Translations under genes and position numbers: made by a program
In this document: piece by piece, positions 63,941 to 64,000 of the stretch
Layout of the letters: each line of letters opens with the position of its first letter
Numbering within the stretch: the stretch's first letter is position 1
Assembly: GCA_002633005.1 (NCBI GenBank)
Contig: NMRA01000547.1
Coordinates: 197,561 to 261,560 of the forward strand
DNA: 64,000 nt
Reading direction: 5' to 3'
Origin: Phoronis australis
Lineage: Eukaryota; Animalia; Phoronida
The notes under the pieces: model-generated
Seen by the model: only the letters and a program-made list of their open reading frames with translations
The model's database searches: none
Told to the model about the DNA's origin: nothing

Positions 63941-64000
63941 ACAAGACCAACGCAGAGCGTTGATAATAGCCCACTGTGTGCATCGCATATAGCGCAGATA
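63941..64000 (-). mobile_element. End of HINE copy 9 (runs off window)
   Basis: acaagaccaacgcagagcgttgataatagcccac. Confidence 0.7.

Overview
AT-rich metazoan genomic DNA, probably from a marine invertebrate bilaterian (taxon not determinable from sequence alone). The window lies inside one large minus-strand gene for a DOCK-D family Cdc42 GEF (DOCK9/10/11, zizimin). I hand-assembled 20 GT-AG coding exons (59678 down to 1692; 2541 nt, 847 codons, phases consistent) covering the N-terminal region, PH domain and DHR-1/C2 domain. The first exon(s) and the DHR-2 half lie outside the window. The introns are mostly transposon-derived: RTE, CR1, L2/Crack and RTEX-like LINE relics, two Penelope relics, two DIRS1-type termini at assembly gaps, a solo LTR, hAT-like, Kolobok-like and MITE elements, and a tRNA-like unit. 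The most striking signal is a family of Helentron-associated (DINE-1/HINE-like) non-autonomous elements. Their central satellite is a ~450 bp trimer of ~140-160 bp monomers, each carrying a near-consensus CTCF motif (CCACTAGG[T/G/A]GGC[G/A]C). I count roughly 65-70 motifs by eye in 8 arrays, all in the same orientation. All coordinates and counts are manual; no alignment or database search was run.
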